64,000 nucleotides of DNA from Candidatus Yanofskybacteria bacterium RIFCSPLOWO2_02_FULL_41_13 (GTDB lineage Bacteria > Patescibacteriota > Minisyncoccia > 2-02-FULL-40-12 > GWA2-44-9): contig MGKQ01000017.1 in NCBI GenBank assembly GCA_001795735.1, positions 3,326 to 67,325 of the forward strand. Direction: 5' to 3'. Shown in pieces: positions 9,640-19,056 of the stretch; the stretch's first letter is position 1, and each line of letters starts with the position of its first letter. The notes under the pieces were generated by a model. That model was not told where the DNA came from. It ran no database searches and saw nothing but the letters and a program-made list of their open reading frames with translations. The translations under genes and the position numbers were made by a program.

Positions 9640-10005
9640 ATGGATAAAGAAGAATTAAAAAAACTTTTAGAGAACCTCAATAACAGGGTTAAAGAAATTG
9701 ATAACGAACTAGCCTCGATAGCTACGGAGAATCCCTTAGTTCGGGGTGATTTTAATGTTCGCGTCGAAGATGTGGGACAATCCCAAGAAGATGCGGCCCA
9801 GGAAGCTGGCGAGCTGGACAGACAGCAAGCATTAGTTAATACTCTTGAAACCGAGAGAAAAGATGTAATTACTACCATTAATAAGATTAAATCAGGTGAA
9901 TACGGTAGGTGTGAAAAGTGCTCCACAGACATTAATCCTGCCAGACTAAGAGCAATGCCAGCTGCTTTGTTCTGTATAGGCTGTGCTAAAAAAACAAGAT
10001 TTTAA
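9640..10005 (+). CDS. DksA/TraR-family C4 zinc-finger protein
   Basis: A coiled-coil is followed by 'CEKCSTDINPARLRAMPAALFCIGCAKK'. Confidence 0.7.
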   Translation: MDKEELKKLLENLNNRVKEIDNELASIATENPLVRGDFNVRVEDVGQSQEDAAQEAGELDRQQALVNTLETERKDVITTINKIKSGEYGRCEKCSTDINPARLRAMPAALFCIGCAKKTRF

Positions 10006-10044
10006 GTTTTTTAAACATTCTCCGGAGGGGAGAAAGATACATTT

Positions 10045-11589
10045 TTGTCTATCAGAATATTTTCGGCTGCTCTAAGTGGCATAGATGCTCAATTAATTGA
10101 AGTCGAGGTGGACTCAAGTTCCGGAATCCACTCTTTTAGTATTGTCGGTCTTCCGGATACGGCCGTAAAAGAATCAAAAGAACGAATCGGATCTGCTATT
10201 AAAAATTCCGGCTTTTCTCCTCCTAAATCAAAGACAAAAAAGGTCATAGTAAACCTAGCTCCGGCTGATATCAAGAAAGAAGGACCATCATACGACCTTC
10301 CTATTGCTATAGGGTATTTGTTTGAGACTAAGCAAATAAAATTTGATCCATCAAAAAAGCTTTTCGCCGGAGAATTATCTCTTGATGGCGAGCTAAAACC
10401 AACTTCCGGGATCTTAGCCATAGCCATGCTTGCTAAAAAGCTAAATTTCAACGAAATAGTCATCCCCTTTCATAATGTACAAGAGGCTTCTGTCGTTAAG
10501 GGTATTACCGTAATTGGGGCTCAAAGTTTAAGTCAAGTAATAAGCCACCTAGACAGAACTTCGCCCATATCCCCCGCTGTTTTAAGCACCGAAGGTGACA
10601 AGAGCTCAAAAGGGGGCGACTCTTTCACGTCAATAAGGGGGCAGGAATCAGCTAAAAGAGCCCTTATTATAGCTGCATCAGGAGCTCATAATATATTCAT
10701 GAGCGGGCCTCCCGGATCTGGTAAAACCCTTCTTGCGAAGGCACTAGTTGATATTCTTCCACCCCTATCTTTTGATGAGGCTATTGAGGTAGCAAAGATA
10801 TATAGTTCAGTAGGTTTAATAGATAATTCTAGTCCCTTATCCCTGAACCGACCTTTCAGGAATCCGCACCATACGACATCGGCCATAGCCGTTGTAGGCG
10901 GTGGGAAGTGGCCAAAACCCGGAGAAATAAGCCTGGCCCACAGAGGTGTACTTTTTCTTGACGAGTTACCGGAATTTCCAAGAAGTGTTCTAGAGAGCTT
11001 AAGACAGCCTCTTGAAGATGGTACAGTTGTTGTTTCCAGAGCTTCCGGCTCTGTAAAACTGCCATCTAAATTTATGCTTGTTGCTGCGATGAATCCATGT
11101 CCTTGCGGTAACTATGGTAACCTTAACAGTGAGTGTACATGCATGCCGTTTAATGTACTAAAATACCGTAAAAAAGTGTCAGGTCCCCTTCTGGACAGAA
11201 TAGACATCCAGGTAAATGTTCCGCGCGAAACAATTAGTGAAAGTGATGATAAAACTGAAGAAAATAGTGAAATTTTGAAGGAAGTAAGAGGCAAGATAAA
11301 CAAAGCAAGGAACATACAACTGGCAAGATTTAAAGAACTTGGCATTTTCAGCAATTCAGAAATGAGTTTTAAAAATGTTGAAAAACTGTGTTTAGCTGAA
11401 AAAAGTGCCAAGTTATTATTGAAAAAAGCTATAAATAAGCAGGGCTTATCCTTAAGGGCCTATCATAAGATACTCAAGGTAGCCCGTACGATAGCTGATC
11501 TTGAGGTCACGGAGATAGTCAAAGATCACCACATAGCTGAAGCTATTGGATTTAGAATGAACGAGAAGACGGTTGGTGAGTTGGGGTAA
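10045..11589 (+). CDS. YifB/ComM-family Mg-chelatase-like AAA+ ATPase
   Basis: TTG start. The Lon-like N-terminal domain, Walker A 'GPPGSGKTLLAKAL' and a C-terminal ChlI-like domain are present. Confidence 0.8.
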   Translation: MSIRIFSAALSGIDAQLIEVEVDSSSGIHSFSIVGLPDTAVKESKERIGSAIKNSGFSPPKSKTKKVIVNLAPADIKKEGPSYDLPIAIGYLFETKQIKFDPSKKLFAGELSLDGELKPTSGILAIAMLAKKLNFNEIVIPFHNVQEASVVKGITVIGAQSLSQVISHLDRTSPISPAVLSTEGDKSSKGGDSFTSIRGQESAKRALIIAASGAHNIFMSGPPGSGKTLLAKALVDILPPLSFDEAIEVAKIYSSVGLIDNSSPLSLNRPFRNPHHTTSAIAVVGGGKWPKPGEISLAHRGVLFLDELPEFPRSVLESLRQPLEDGTVVVSRASGSVKLPSKFMLVAAMNPCPCGNYGNLNSECTCMPFNVLKYRKKVSGPLLDRIDIQVNVPRETISESDDKTEENSEILKEVRGKINKARNIQLARFKELGIFSNSEMSFKNVEKLCLAEKSAKLLLKKAINKQGLSLRAYHKILKVARTIADLEVTEIVKDHHIAEAIGFRMNEKTVGELG

Positions 11590-11603
11590 TGTTCCGCGCG
11601 GAA

Positions 11604-11634
11604 CAAAAACTCGGCTAATTTGCCGAGTTTTTGT
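11604..11634. terminator. bidirectional intrinsic terminator (aaaaactcggc-taattt-gccgagttttt)
   Basis: Perfect hairpin flanked by A and T runs, between convergent genes. Confidence 0.7.
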
Positions 11635-12729
11635 TTACTTTGCTAGCGGATTGCGGGCACCATGTACCTCAAAGTGTAAATGACATCCGGTAGAACGACC
11701 AGTAGAGCCCATTAAAGCTATCATCTGACCTCTTTGGGCGAACTCACTTTGACCGATTAAAAGCTTGGTCGCATGGGCATATAGAGTTTCCGTACCATTT
11801 GCATGGACAAGTTTTATAAACTTACCGAATCCGCCGTTATACCCAACCCCATCAGATACTGCGACAGAACCATCGGCGGCGGCATATATCGGTGTTCCGC
11901 AGGAGTTGGCAATATCAACCCCGTTTCTTCCATGAATTCTTCCCCAGTTGTAACCAGATGTCGGAATCATAAAGTAGTCCCCTAGATTAGGCAGATAAGA
12001 GAAGGACCTGTTGGTTGAGCTTGTTGAAGAGCCACTAGTTGCCACATAGATGCTCTTTACTATTCCATCTGGAACGACGATCTCATCACCTATTTGAAGT
12101 TCTCCGCTCTGAGGAAGAGTATTAAATTCAATTATTTTTGCCGAATCTGCTCCGTACTTCTTTGCAATAGAAGCTATGGTGTCATTCTTGGCAACCAGAT
12201 GGATTACTCCGGAAACCGGAGGAATCTTTAGGACTTGGCCGGGGCTTATACTATCCGCGTCCCTTAGCTTATTGGCCCAGATTATAGAGCTTATACTAAT
12301 TCCGTAGTCTGAGGCTATAAAAGATAGGAGATCTCCAATTTGAACCGTGTATTCTACGATTTCACTGCGTTGTGAGCTGTTAATATCAATATAATCAGTA
12401 CTGACCGGGTTATGAGCGAGAAACGAGTTCTCATTGATAGGAAGAGGGGTTATTGAGGTCTCTGGTCCACCCTGACCCAAACCTCCACTGCCGGCTGCGA
12501 AGGTACTTATCTCAGCTAACTGTATCGGTGGCGGGACATGGCCGATGATCGTAGCTGAGGTTTCCTCAATATACCTTTCTATTACATTGCTGAATAAAGT
12601 CGGCTGGCCTTCCCCAATTGATCCCTTGAAGGTCAAGAGCAAAAAAACGAGGAGCAGAGTTCCCCAGAATCCAAAACGCTCACTCTTAATTAAGCTGATG
12701 ATTTTTTTAATCTTTATTCTTCTGACCAA
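11635..12729 (-). CDS. LysM-domain M23 metallopeptidase
   Basis: Two LysM repeats ('YTVQIGDLLSFIASDYGIS', 'IHLVAKNDTIASIAKKYGAD'). The M23 motifs 'HATK...GSTGRSTGCHLHFEV' are present. Confidence 0.8.
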   Translation of the reverse strand: MVRRIKIKKIISLIKSERFGFWGTLLLVFLLLTFKGSIGEGQPTLFSNVIERYIEETSATIIGHVPPPIQLAEISTFAAGSGGLGQGGPETSITPLPINENSFLAHNPVSTDYIDINSSQRSEIVEYTVQIGDLLSFIASDYGISISSIIWANKLRDADSISPGQVLKIPPVSGVIHLVAKNDTIASIAKKYGADSAKIIEFNTLPQSGELQIGDEIVVPDGIVKSIYVATSGSSTSSTNRSFSYLPNLGDYFMIPTSGYNWGRIHGRNGVDIANSCGTPIYAAADGSVAVSDGVGYNGGFGKFIKLVHANGTETLYAHATKLLIGQSEFAQRGQMIALMGSTGRSTGCHLHFEVHGARNPLAK

Positions 12730-12939
12730 GCTTCTAGAAGGAGACGAAAAAGAATTTTTAAATCGAGTATTGATAGGCTAAAAGGTTAGATTTTACGACA
12801 AAAAATGAGCATTTTTACTTTTAAACACAAAAATTCTCCGAAGAGAATTACAAGGTAAAGAGTAGCATTTTGATCTTATTCGTGTCAATATCGCTTTGTT
12901 GATACTCGGAGCATAAGTCTAAAAAATAAGACTAATTTT

Positions 12940-13311
12940 ATGAATGAAAAAATAATTGAGTTTGGAAAATGGGCCGAAGATTATGTCGCACAATATCTAA
13001 AGGGGCGAGGGTATACTGTTCTGGGCCAAAATTATCAGAAACCTTGGGGCGAAATAGATATAATTGTTGAGAAAGAGGGAGTCCTCATTTTTGTTGAAGT
13101 TAAGGCGAATAAAAGAGAGATGGCCGGCTTTGAACCGGAAAACAGAATAAATCCGGAGAAGTTAAGAAGATTGAACCGGGCGATACAAACATACCTAGCT
13201 TCAAAAAAATATAGTCCGGACCAGGATTGGCAAATTGATGTCATCGCCCTGACGTTTGACAAAGATAGGGGAGTGGCCAAAATCAAACACTTCAAAAATA
13301 TTGATGTTTAA
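12940..13311 (+). CDS. yraN: YraN-family (UPF0102) endonuclease-like protein
   Basis: 'GYTVLGQNYQKPWGEIDIIVEKEGVLIFVEVKA'. Confidence 0.7.
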   Translation: MNEKIIEFGKWAEDYVAQYLKGRGYTVLGQNYQKPWGEIDIIVEKEGVLIFVEVKANKREMAGFEPENRINPEKLRRLNRAIQTYLASKKYSPDQDWQIDVIALTFDKDRGVAKIKHFKNIDV

Positions 13312-13320
13312 TATAGCTAA

Positions 13321-13536
13321 TCTCCTCCCCATTTTTCGACCTGTTGAATTTCTTCGGACAAATAGTTAAATTAACCTCAATTTAGTTAACAAATTTGAGC
13401 CTCGTCGCTCGACATCTTTTTATACTAAAAAGATATCGGACTCCCCACTCAAATTTGTGGAATAACATAAATTATCGGTTAATTTAACTATTGTGTATTC
13501 CTTGAAACCAAACGGTCTGCAAAATGGGGAGGGGAT
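13321..13536. repeat. large imperfect inverted repeat, about 90 bp arms, with a central hairpin, in a 650 bp non-coding region
   Basis: Outer arms tctcctccccatttt / aaaatggggaggg. Inner perfect arms agttaaattaacc / ggttaatttaact. Central hairpin atcttttta-tac-taaaaagat. Confidence 0.6.
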
Positions 13537-13972
13537 CAGCTCAGTTTTATTTATTAAGAGTGGTCCCACCTTTTTGAGTCAGTATTGTAAGCTTCTCCTT
13601 ACTCATAATAAAGAGTGAGCTCATCTCCCGATTTATTCTCCTCGCCTGCGAATTTCCTCTCTGGGTATAGTCTCCTAGCTTACCCCTAGCAGATCATTAA
13701 TTATCTTGCTTATATCTCCCTGAAACCGTTTGAGCAACTTCATAATAAACTCGAGATATTTATGAAAGTTTTTCAGAAGACAAAGAATTGGGAGTGAGTC
13801 TTGTCTAGTATTGGTAATGCTTATTACCAATATGTCTATAAGACTGACGAGCGGGACCCAATTTTATGTCTGGAAAATGAATAAATATCGAAAAGTTTAT
13901 TGATGTTGCGAAGGTGTTGAAGAGGGATATAAGCAAGACAGTAACCCTCATTTTACCTCACTTTCCAAGCCC

Positions 13973-14001
13973 TTTACAAAAAGGTAGAAAGGTGATATAA
14001 T
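13973..14001 (+). promoter_or_regulatory. sigma70-like promoter: TTTACA, 17 nt spacer, TATAAT
   Basis: Read directly. It lies about 70 nt upstream of the GC-rich gene at 14070. Confidence 0.55.
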
Positions 14002-14069
14002 GTATATACACAGTCGAGACAGATCTTCGACAATTTTCGCCCCTTGAACGGGGCAGAGGAGAAGACAAA

Positions 14070-14864
14070 ATGAGGAGCATTCTTTCGTTTTTCGTCGTCG
14101 TCGCAACTCTGGCCACGGCCATTCCGGCTGAGGCTCAACAGAGTCCGCTCGTAACCTTGATGGCCGAAAGGATCATCAACAGTTCCAGCGGCATATACGG
14201 CGGTGGCTACTACGGCCCGCGCCTCGGTCGCAACTATGGGGGTTACTACCAGATCGAGCTGGCCATGGTTGTAGACTTTCTCAAAATGCCTGGAGTGCTG
14301 AACGCATGTACGCTGAGCACGAGCGTCTCCAACCCGGAGAAGCAAGTGGCGATGAACTGCCACATCATCATGAGAAGCTCACCGGAGAGCGTCCAGGCCC
14401 AGCTTGGGAACTTCCCGGAATCGGATCTACTCGGAACGCAGCACCCAGAAGCCGGAGTAATGCACATCCGTGCATATGATCCGACGCACAAGCCGTTCAA
14501 CAGAAACCACAAGGATTGCATACCTGTTGAATCACGCGCAATTCAGCCGGCACCGATGCCGACGGCAGAGGTGGCAACACCACTTCCGACACCACAAACC
14601 GTTCCGGTCAAGAGGATCGATCCAGAGGAGGAGATGTCTTGGAATACGGTCAACACTACCGACTTCACAGCGGTGGTCGTTGATCCGAACACGGGAAGGA
14701 AGGAACTGATCTCAGCAATGAGCTCAGCCAGCCTTTCAACTCCGACCGGTTCGAAACCGTACGTGGTAACGTTGCTTGTGCCGGGACGAGGCAACATCGA
14801 CAAGGTTCCCGGCGAGATTCGTCCCAGCAAAGACCTACAGGGCTGGGAAATCGTAGCCCGATAA
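14070..14864 (+). CDS. secreted hypothetical protein, Gly/Tyr-rich, on high-GC island 2
   Basis: Signal peptide 'MRSILSFFVVVATLATAIPAEA'. Carries 'GGGYYGPRLGRNYGGYY' and a PT-rich linker. SD GAGGAG. Composition is far richer in GC than the flanks. Confidence 0.6.
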   Translation: MRSILSFFVVVATLATAIPAEAQQSPLVTLMAERIINSSSGIYGGGYYGPRLGRNYGGYYQIELAMVVDFLKMPGVLNACTLSTSVSNPEKQVAMNCHIIMRSSPESVQAQLGNFPESDLLGTQHPEAGVMHIRAYDPTHKPFNRNHKDCIPVESRAIQPAPMPTAEVATPLPTPQTVPVKRIDPEEEMSWNTVNTTDFTAVVVDPNTGRKELISAMSSASLSTPTGSKPYVVTLLVPGRGNIDKVPGEIRPSKDLQGWEIVAR

Positions 14865-14875
14865 AGGAGATTGAC

Positions 14876-15517
14876 ATGGAACGAATACTGAGAAGGATCG
14901 GATTCTTCTCCTCGGCGGACCAAAATCCGCCGACGGCAACTTGTAATCAACCTGAGGCACCGGGTCCGAACCCGATGCCTCAGCCGACACCACGCCAGGC
15001 AAGGACGAGAAATCGTCCACCGACACGCCTAGCGTACACACGTCATGCCTCAGCAGGCGACGGCGACGACGTGATTGTCAACCCAGCATGGAATCAGTTC
15101 AAAACAGCCATGGTCTGGATTGGGGGCATCGCCGTTCTTGCCTGGATCTTCGGCGGCGGATACCTAGCTGGCCGACCATCGATGGTTAGCCAGCAAACAC
15201 AACAAGTCGTCACCAATCACGCTCAAGTGCCGACTGCGACTCAGCAGACGGCCTTAGAGCAAGGAGCAGTGATGACAACGGAAACGATCAAGGAGGCATT
15301 GACCGAAGCAGGAGAAATCCTGTCGGCCACCAACGTAGTTCGTGGTCAGGTGAAGGAGATGGCTCAGGCCGAGCTCCCACCGACGCCACCCTCGCCTCCG
15401 CCTTCGGTCGAAAAACCGAATGCGGAACCGCCGCCCGCTCCACCCACCCTCACTGATGCCCAACAGCGCAACGAGGCGTTGAAACAACGCCTTCGAGAAC
15501 GCTACGACATCAAGTAG
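14876..15517 (+). CDS. hypothetical membrane-anchored protein, Pro-rich, on high-GC island 2
   Basis: One TM segment 'MVWIGGIAVLAWIFGGGYLAG'. SD AAGGAG. Translationally coupled to the previous gene. Confidence 0.55.
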   Translation: MERILRRIGFFSSADQNPPTATCNQPEAPGPNPMPQPTPRQARTRNRPPTRLAYTRHASAGDGDDVIVNPAWNQFKTAMVWIGGIAVLAWIFGGGYLAGRPSMVSQQTQQVVTNHAQVPTATQQTALEQGAVMTTETIKEALTEAGEILSATNVVRGQVKEMAQAELPPTPPSPPPSVEKPNAEPPPAPPTLTDAQQRNEALKQRLRERYDIK

Positions 15518-15523
15518 GTTCCA

Positions 15524-15580
15524 AGCTCGTACCTTCCAACCCAGTTCATCTGGGCCATCGGAAGGACGAGCTTTTTTCTT
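15524..15580 (+). terminator. intrinsic terminator closing island 2
   Basis: Stem agctcgtaccttcc / ggaaggacgagct followed by TTTTTTCTT. Confidence 0.55.
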
Positions 15581-15788
15581 TATCTTGAGCCCACCGAAAG
15601 AATTGAAAAAATTCCCACAAACTGTAGACTATAATCAATAGATTTGAGCTAAGTTCGAGGCAGAATCGAGTATTGATTCGAGGCGTAGTAGGACTACGGC
15701 GAGAATCAAGCGGAGATTTTAACGAAGAAATTAGCCAAACCTGAAAGGTGTGCCGCTGGCCTAAAATTCATATTAGGCCCGGCATATA

Positions 15789-16238
15789 TTGATTATGAAA
15801 CATATCACTAAAAGCCCGAAGGAAACTCAAAAACTAGGGCATTTTTTATTAAATAAAATAAGCGTTGGTACCCAAAAGAGCGGTTTGATTATAGCCTTAT
15901 CGGGAGAGCTTGGAGCAGGCAAGACAACCCTTGTTCAGGGATTGGCAAAAATATTAGGCATAAAAACCAAAGTAAAAAGCCCCACTTTTACCCTTATTAA
16001 GAAGTACAAACTTCCAAAAAAGTTTAAAAATTCTAAATATCTATATCACATAGACTGCTACCGCTTGAAAAATCATAAAGATTTATTATCTCTCGGAATA
16101 AAGAATATATTGAAAGACAAAGAAAATATAATTCTGATTGAGTGGCCAGAAAAGATAAGGAAAATATTATCCGACAAAAAAATAGACATTAGAATCGAGC
16201 ATATAGACAAGAACACAAGGAAAATAGCTGTAAGCTAG
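15789..16238 (+). CDS. tsaE: tRNA t6A biosynthesis ATPase TsaE (YjeE)
   Basis: 'GELGAGKTTLVQGLAKILGI' and 'YHIDCYRL'. Confidence 0.8.
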   Translation: MIMKHITKSPKETQKLGHFLLNKISVGTQKSGLIIALSGELGAGKTTLVQGLAKILGIKTKVKSPTFTLIKKYKLPKKFKNSKYLYHIDCYRLKNHKDLLSLGIKNILKDKENIILIEWPEKIRKILSDKKIDIRIEHIDKNTRKIAVS

Positions 16239-16412
16239 GTTTAATAGAATAATCTGTAGATCTCAGAGGCTATAATTCTAGCGAAGAAATACGCAGACCG
16301 ATCGGCTTGGTTCTGCGATCGGTCGAGTACTTAAGATTCGATTTCCGCTGGAGAAATCGAATGTGGTCTGAGTCTGAATTATAGTCTTTGAGATCTAAGC
16401 CACCCAATCAGT

Positions 16413-19055
16413 ATGAAAAAATTAGTCTTAATCGACTCAAACGCCCTAGTCCATCGGGCATTCCATGCTTTGCCCCCAACCCTTACCTCACCTAAGGGTG
16501 TTTTGACCAATGCCGTTTATGGTTTTACGTCAGTTCTCATAAAAATGCTTAAAGATTTAAAACCCGATTATATTGCCGCAACTTATGATTTAGCTGGCCC
16601 TACATTTCGCCATAAGGAATTTGAAGAGTATAAAGCCCACCGGGAGAAAGCCCCTGACGAGCTATACGCCCAGATACCACTAACCAAGGAAGTGCTTAAA
16701 ACATTCGGGATACCCATATATGAGAAACAGGGGTTTGAGGCTGATGACCTAATCGGTGCTTTAGCCGAGAGGGGTAAAAAAGAGAAGAATCTGCAGGTCA
16801 TAATCGTAACCGGCGACTTGGACACTCTTCAGCTGGTTGATAAAGATAAAGTCGTTGTTTTTACATTAAGAAAAGGCTTGACCGACACGGTAACCTACAA
16901 CGAGGGCGAGGTACAAAAAAGATATGGCCTCAAGCCAGAGCAAGTTGTTGATTTTAAGGGATTAAAAGGCGATCCATCCGATAATATCCCAGGAGTACCG
17001 GGGATAGGGGAGAAGACGGCAGCGATGCTTATTCAAAAATTTGGGAGCATGGAGAATCTTTATGACAGTATCGCTGAAATCAAAAATCAAAAATCAAAAA
17101 TCAAAAATCAAGGTTTATCAGAAAAGTTAATACAAAAACTTCAGGAGAATAAAGACCAGGCATTCTTTTCAAAAAAACTGGCCACCATCGTCAGGACGGT
17201 TGATATTGATTTCAGTCTTGAAAAAACAGATTGGCGTAAAAATCTCGATCTCCAAGCAATCGAGAAAACTTTTAAAGACTTCGGCTTTTACAGCTTAGTT
17301 AAAAGATTGTCCGAGATAGATGTACAAAGCTCTATATCAACGCTAGACCTTAACCTAGCGCCAGCCCTACTTCAGGAAAGCACTCATATAAAGTCCTGTG
17401 ACTCAGTGAAAGAAATAAAAAATGCCGTTGATAAAATAAAGCTAAAGAAAGAAGTTGTCCTGGAGCTAGTAGGCGATAGACTGGTATTTACCTCTGATAG
17501 CAAGGAGTTTTTCTCTACAAAAACCGAATTATTGAGCCTCCTAAAAGAAGTTTTCGAGGACGGAAATATATCTAAGACCGGACATGATCTAAAACCTGTA
17601 GCCAAGGAATTTCTTAAAAAAGGTATTCATATTAAGGGCCTGTCTTTTGATACTAAGATAGCGGCCTATCTTGTAAAAGCCGACAGAAAAGACTATGACT
17701 TGCCGATAATGTATCAGAACGAACTAGGCAAAGATCTTGCGGTGGGGGGTGCTAACCGCCTTGATGCGGTCTTAGAACTTAAAAAAATATTTTGGGATAA
17801 GCTAAAGAACGACGGTCTTATTAAAATCTTTGAAGAGATAGAAATGCCGCTGGTTCCGGTTTTGGCCGAAACGGAGCTAAATGGCTTAAAGATAGATATC
17901 AGCTCTCTTAAAAAACTATCGTTATCGGTTAACAAAGAGTTGTCTGGGTTAGAGAAGAAGATACACAAACATGCCGGCACCCAGTTTAATATTAATTCAC
18001 CCAAACAATTAAAGGAGATTCTTTTTGAGAGACTGGGCCTAAAAGGCAAGGTCAGAAAAACAGCTAAGGGCGCCCTTTCAACTGCGGCCGGAGAACTTGA
18101 TAAATTATCAGGCGAACATCCCATTGTTGATCTTATCCTAAAATACAGGGAGCTTCAGAAAATTAAGACTACTTATATTGAACCCTTCCCCCACCTTATT
18201 GACCAAAAGACAGGGAGGCTTCATACGACCCTCAATCAGACGGGTACTGTCACTGGTCGTTTATCAAGCCAAGACCCTAATCTTCAGAATATTCCTATTA
18301 AAACAGAGTTGGGTCAGGAGTTTAGAAAAGCGTTCATCTCATCTCCCGGCTATAAATTAGTGTCTCTTGACTATTCACAGCTTGAACTCAGAATCGCCGC
18401 CCATATTTCCGGTGATAAAAAAATGACCGAAGCGTTTAAAAGAGGGGAGGACATTCATACTCGGACGGCGGTAGAAATTTTTGGAGTCACGCCGGAAAAA
18501 GTCACGGCCAATATGCGCCGGGAGGCAAAAGCTATGAATTTCGGCCTTCTTTATGGAATGGGAATTCTTGGTTTTCAAAGAGCATCGGGTACATCGAGAG
18601 AACAGGCCAAAGAATTCATCAATCGTTATATGGCAGAATTCAGCGGAATTGCCCGATATATGGAGGATATCAAGAAAAAAGCCTGCAAAGACGGTTATGT
18701 TTCGACTATCCTCGGCCGACGCAGATACCTACCGGAGATTAATTCCGGCATACCTCAGCTGATGGCCCAAGCAGAGAGAATGGCTATAAACCACCCTGTT
18801 CAGGGAACCGAGGGGGACTTTCTAAGAATTGCTATGAATAGGATATCCGATTTAATTCACAAAGAGTTCAACGATAACGATGTAAAAATGCTTCTTCAGG
18901 TGCACGATGAGCTTCTGTTTGAGGTTAAAAATAATTTAGTCGAAAAAATATCAAAAGTGATTAAGAGTATCATGGAGTCAGTTTATAGACTCGATGTTCC
19001 GCTTATCGTTGATGCCAGATATGGCAATAACTGGCGGGATATGGAGCCAATTTAG
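16413..19055 (+). CDS. polA: DNA polymerase I
   Basis: N-terminal 5'-3' exonuclease domain. Polymerase motifs A 'DYSQLELRIAAH', B 'RREAKAMNFGLLYG' and C 'VHDELLFEV' are present. Confidence 0.95.
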   Translation: MKKLVLIDSNALVHRAFHALPPTLTSPKGVLTNAVYGFTSVLIKMLKDLKPDYIAATYDLAGPTFRHKEFEEYKAHREKAPDELYAQIPLTKEVLKTFGIPIYEKQGFEADDLIGALAERGKKEKNLQVIIVTGDLDTLQLVDKDKVVVFTLRKGLTDTVTYNEGEVQKRYGLKPEQVVDFKGLKGDPSDNIPGVPGIGEKTAAMLIQKFGSMENLYDSIAEIKNQKSKIKNQGLSEKLIQKLQENKDQAFFSKKLATIVRTVDIDFSLEKTDWRKNLDLQAIEKTFKDFGFYSLVKRLSEIDVQSSISTLDLNLAPALLQESTHIKSCDSVKEIKNAVDKIKLKKEVVLELVGDRLVFTSDSKEFFSTKTELLSLLKEVFEDGNISKTGHDLKPVAKEFLKKGIHIKGLSFDTKIAAYLVKADRKDYDLPIMYQNELGKDLAVGGANRLDAVLELKKIFWDKLKNDGLIKIFEEIEMPLVPVLAETELNGLKIDISSLKKLSLSVNKELSGLEKKIHKHAGTQFNINSPKQLKEILFERLGLKGKVRKTAKGALSTAAGELDKLSGEHPIVDLILKYRELQKIKTTYIEPFPHLIDQKTGRLHTTLNQTGTVTGRLSSQDPNLQNIPIKTELGQEFRKAFISSPGYKLVSLDYSQLELRIAAHISGDKKMTEAFKRGEDIHTRTAVEIFGVTPEKVTANMRREAKAMNFGLLYGMGILGFQRASGTSREQAKEFINRYMAEFSGIARYMEDIKKKACKDGYVSTILGRRRYLPEINSGIPQLMAQAERMAINHPVQGTEGDFLRIAMNRISDLIHKEFNDNDVKMLLQVHDELLFEVKNNLVEKISKVIKSIMESVYRLDVPLIVDARYGNNWRDMEPI

Positions 19056-19056
19056 T

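Noticed and set aside
13974-14363. A minus-strand ORF (129 aa) and several other antisense ORFs (14246-14521, 14543-14950, 14835-15041, 15254-15487) cross island 2.
   Set aside because: They are antisense or overlapping to the SD- and promoter-supported plus-strand genes. They lie in the only GC-rich segment, where spurious long ORFs are expected. No start or RBS context supports them.
18994-19056. An upstream ATG start for fpg overlaps the polA 3' end.
   Set aside because: It would place 21 residues ahead of the catalytic Pro. The ATT start directly preceding PELPEV is more consistent with Fpg biochemistry. It is kept as an alternative.
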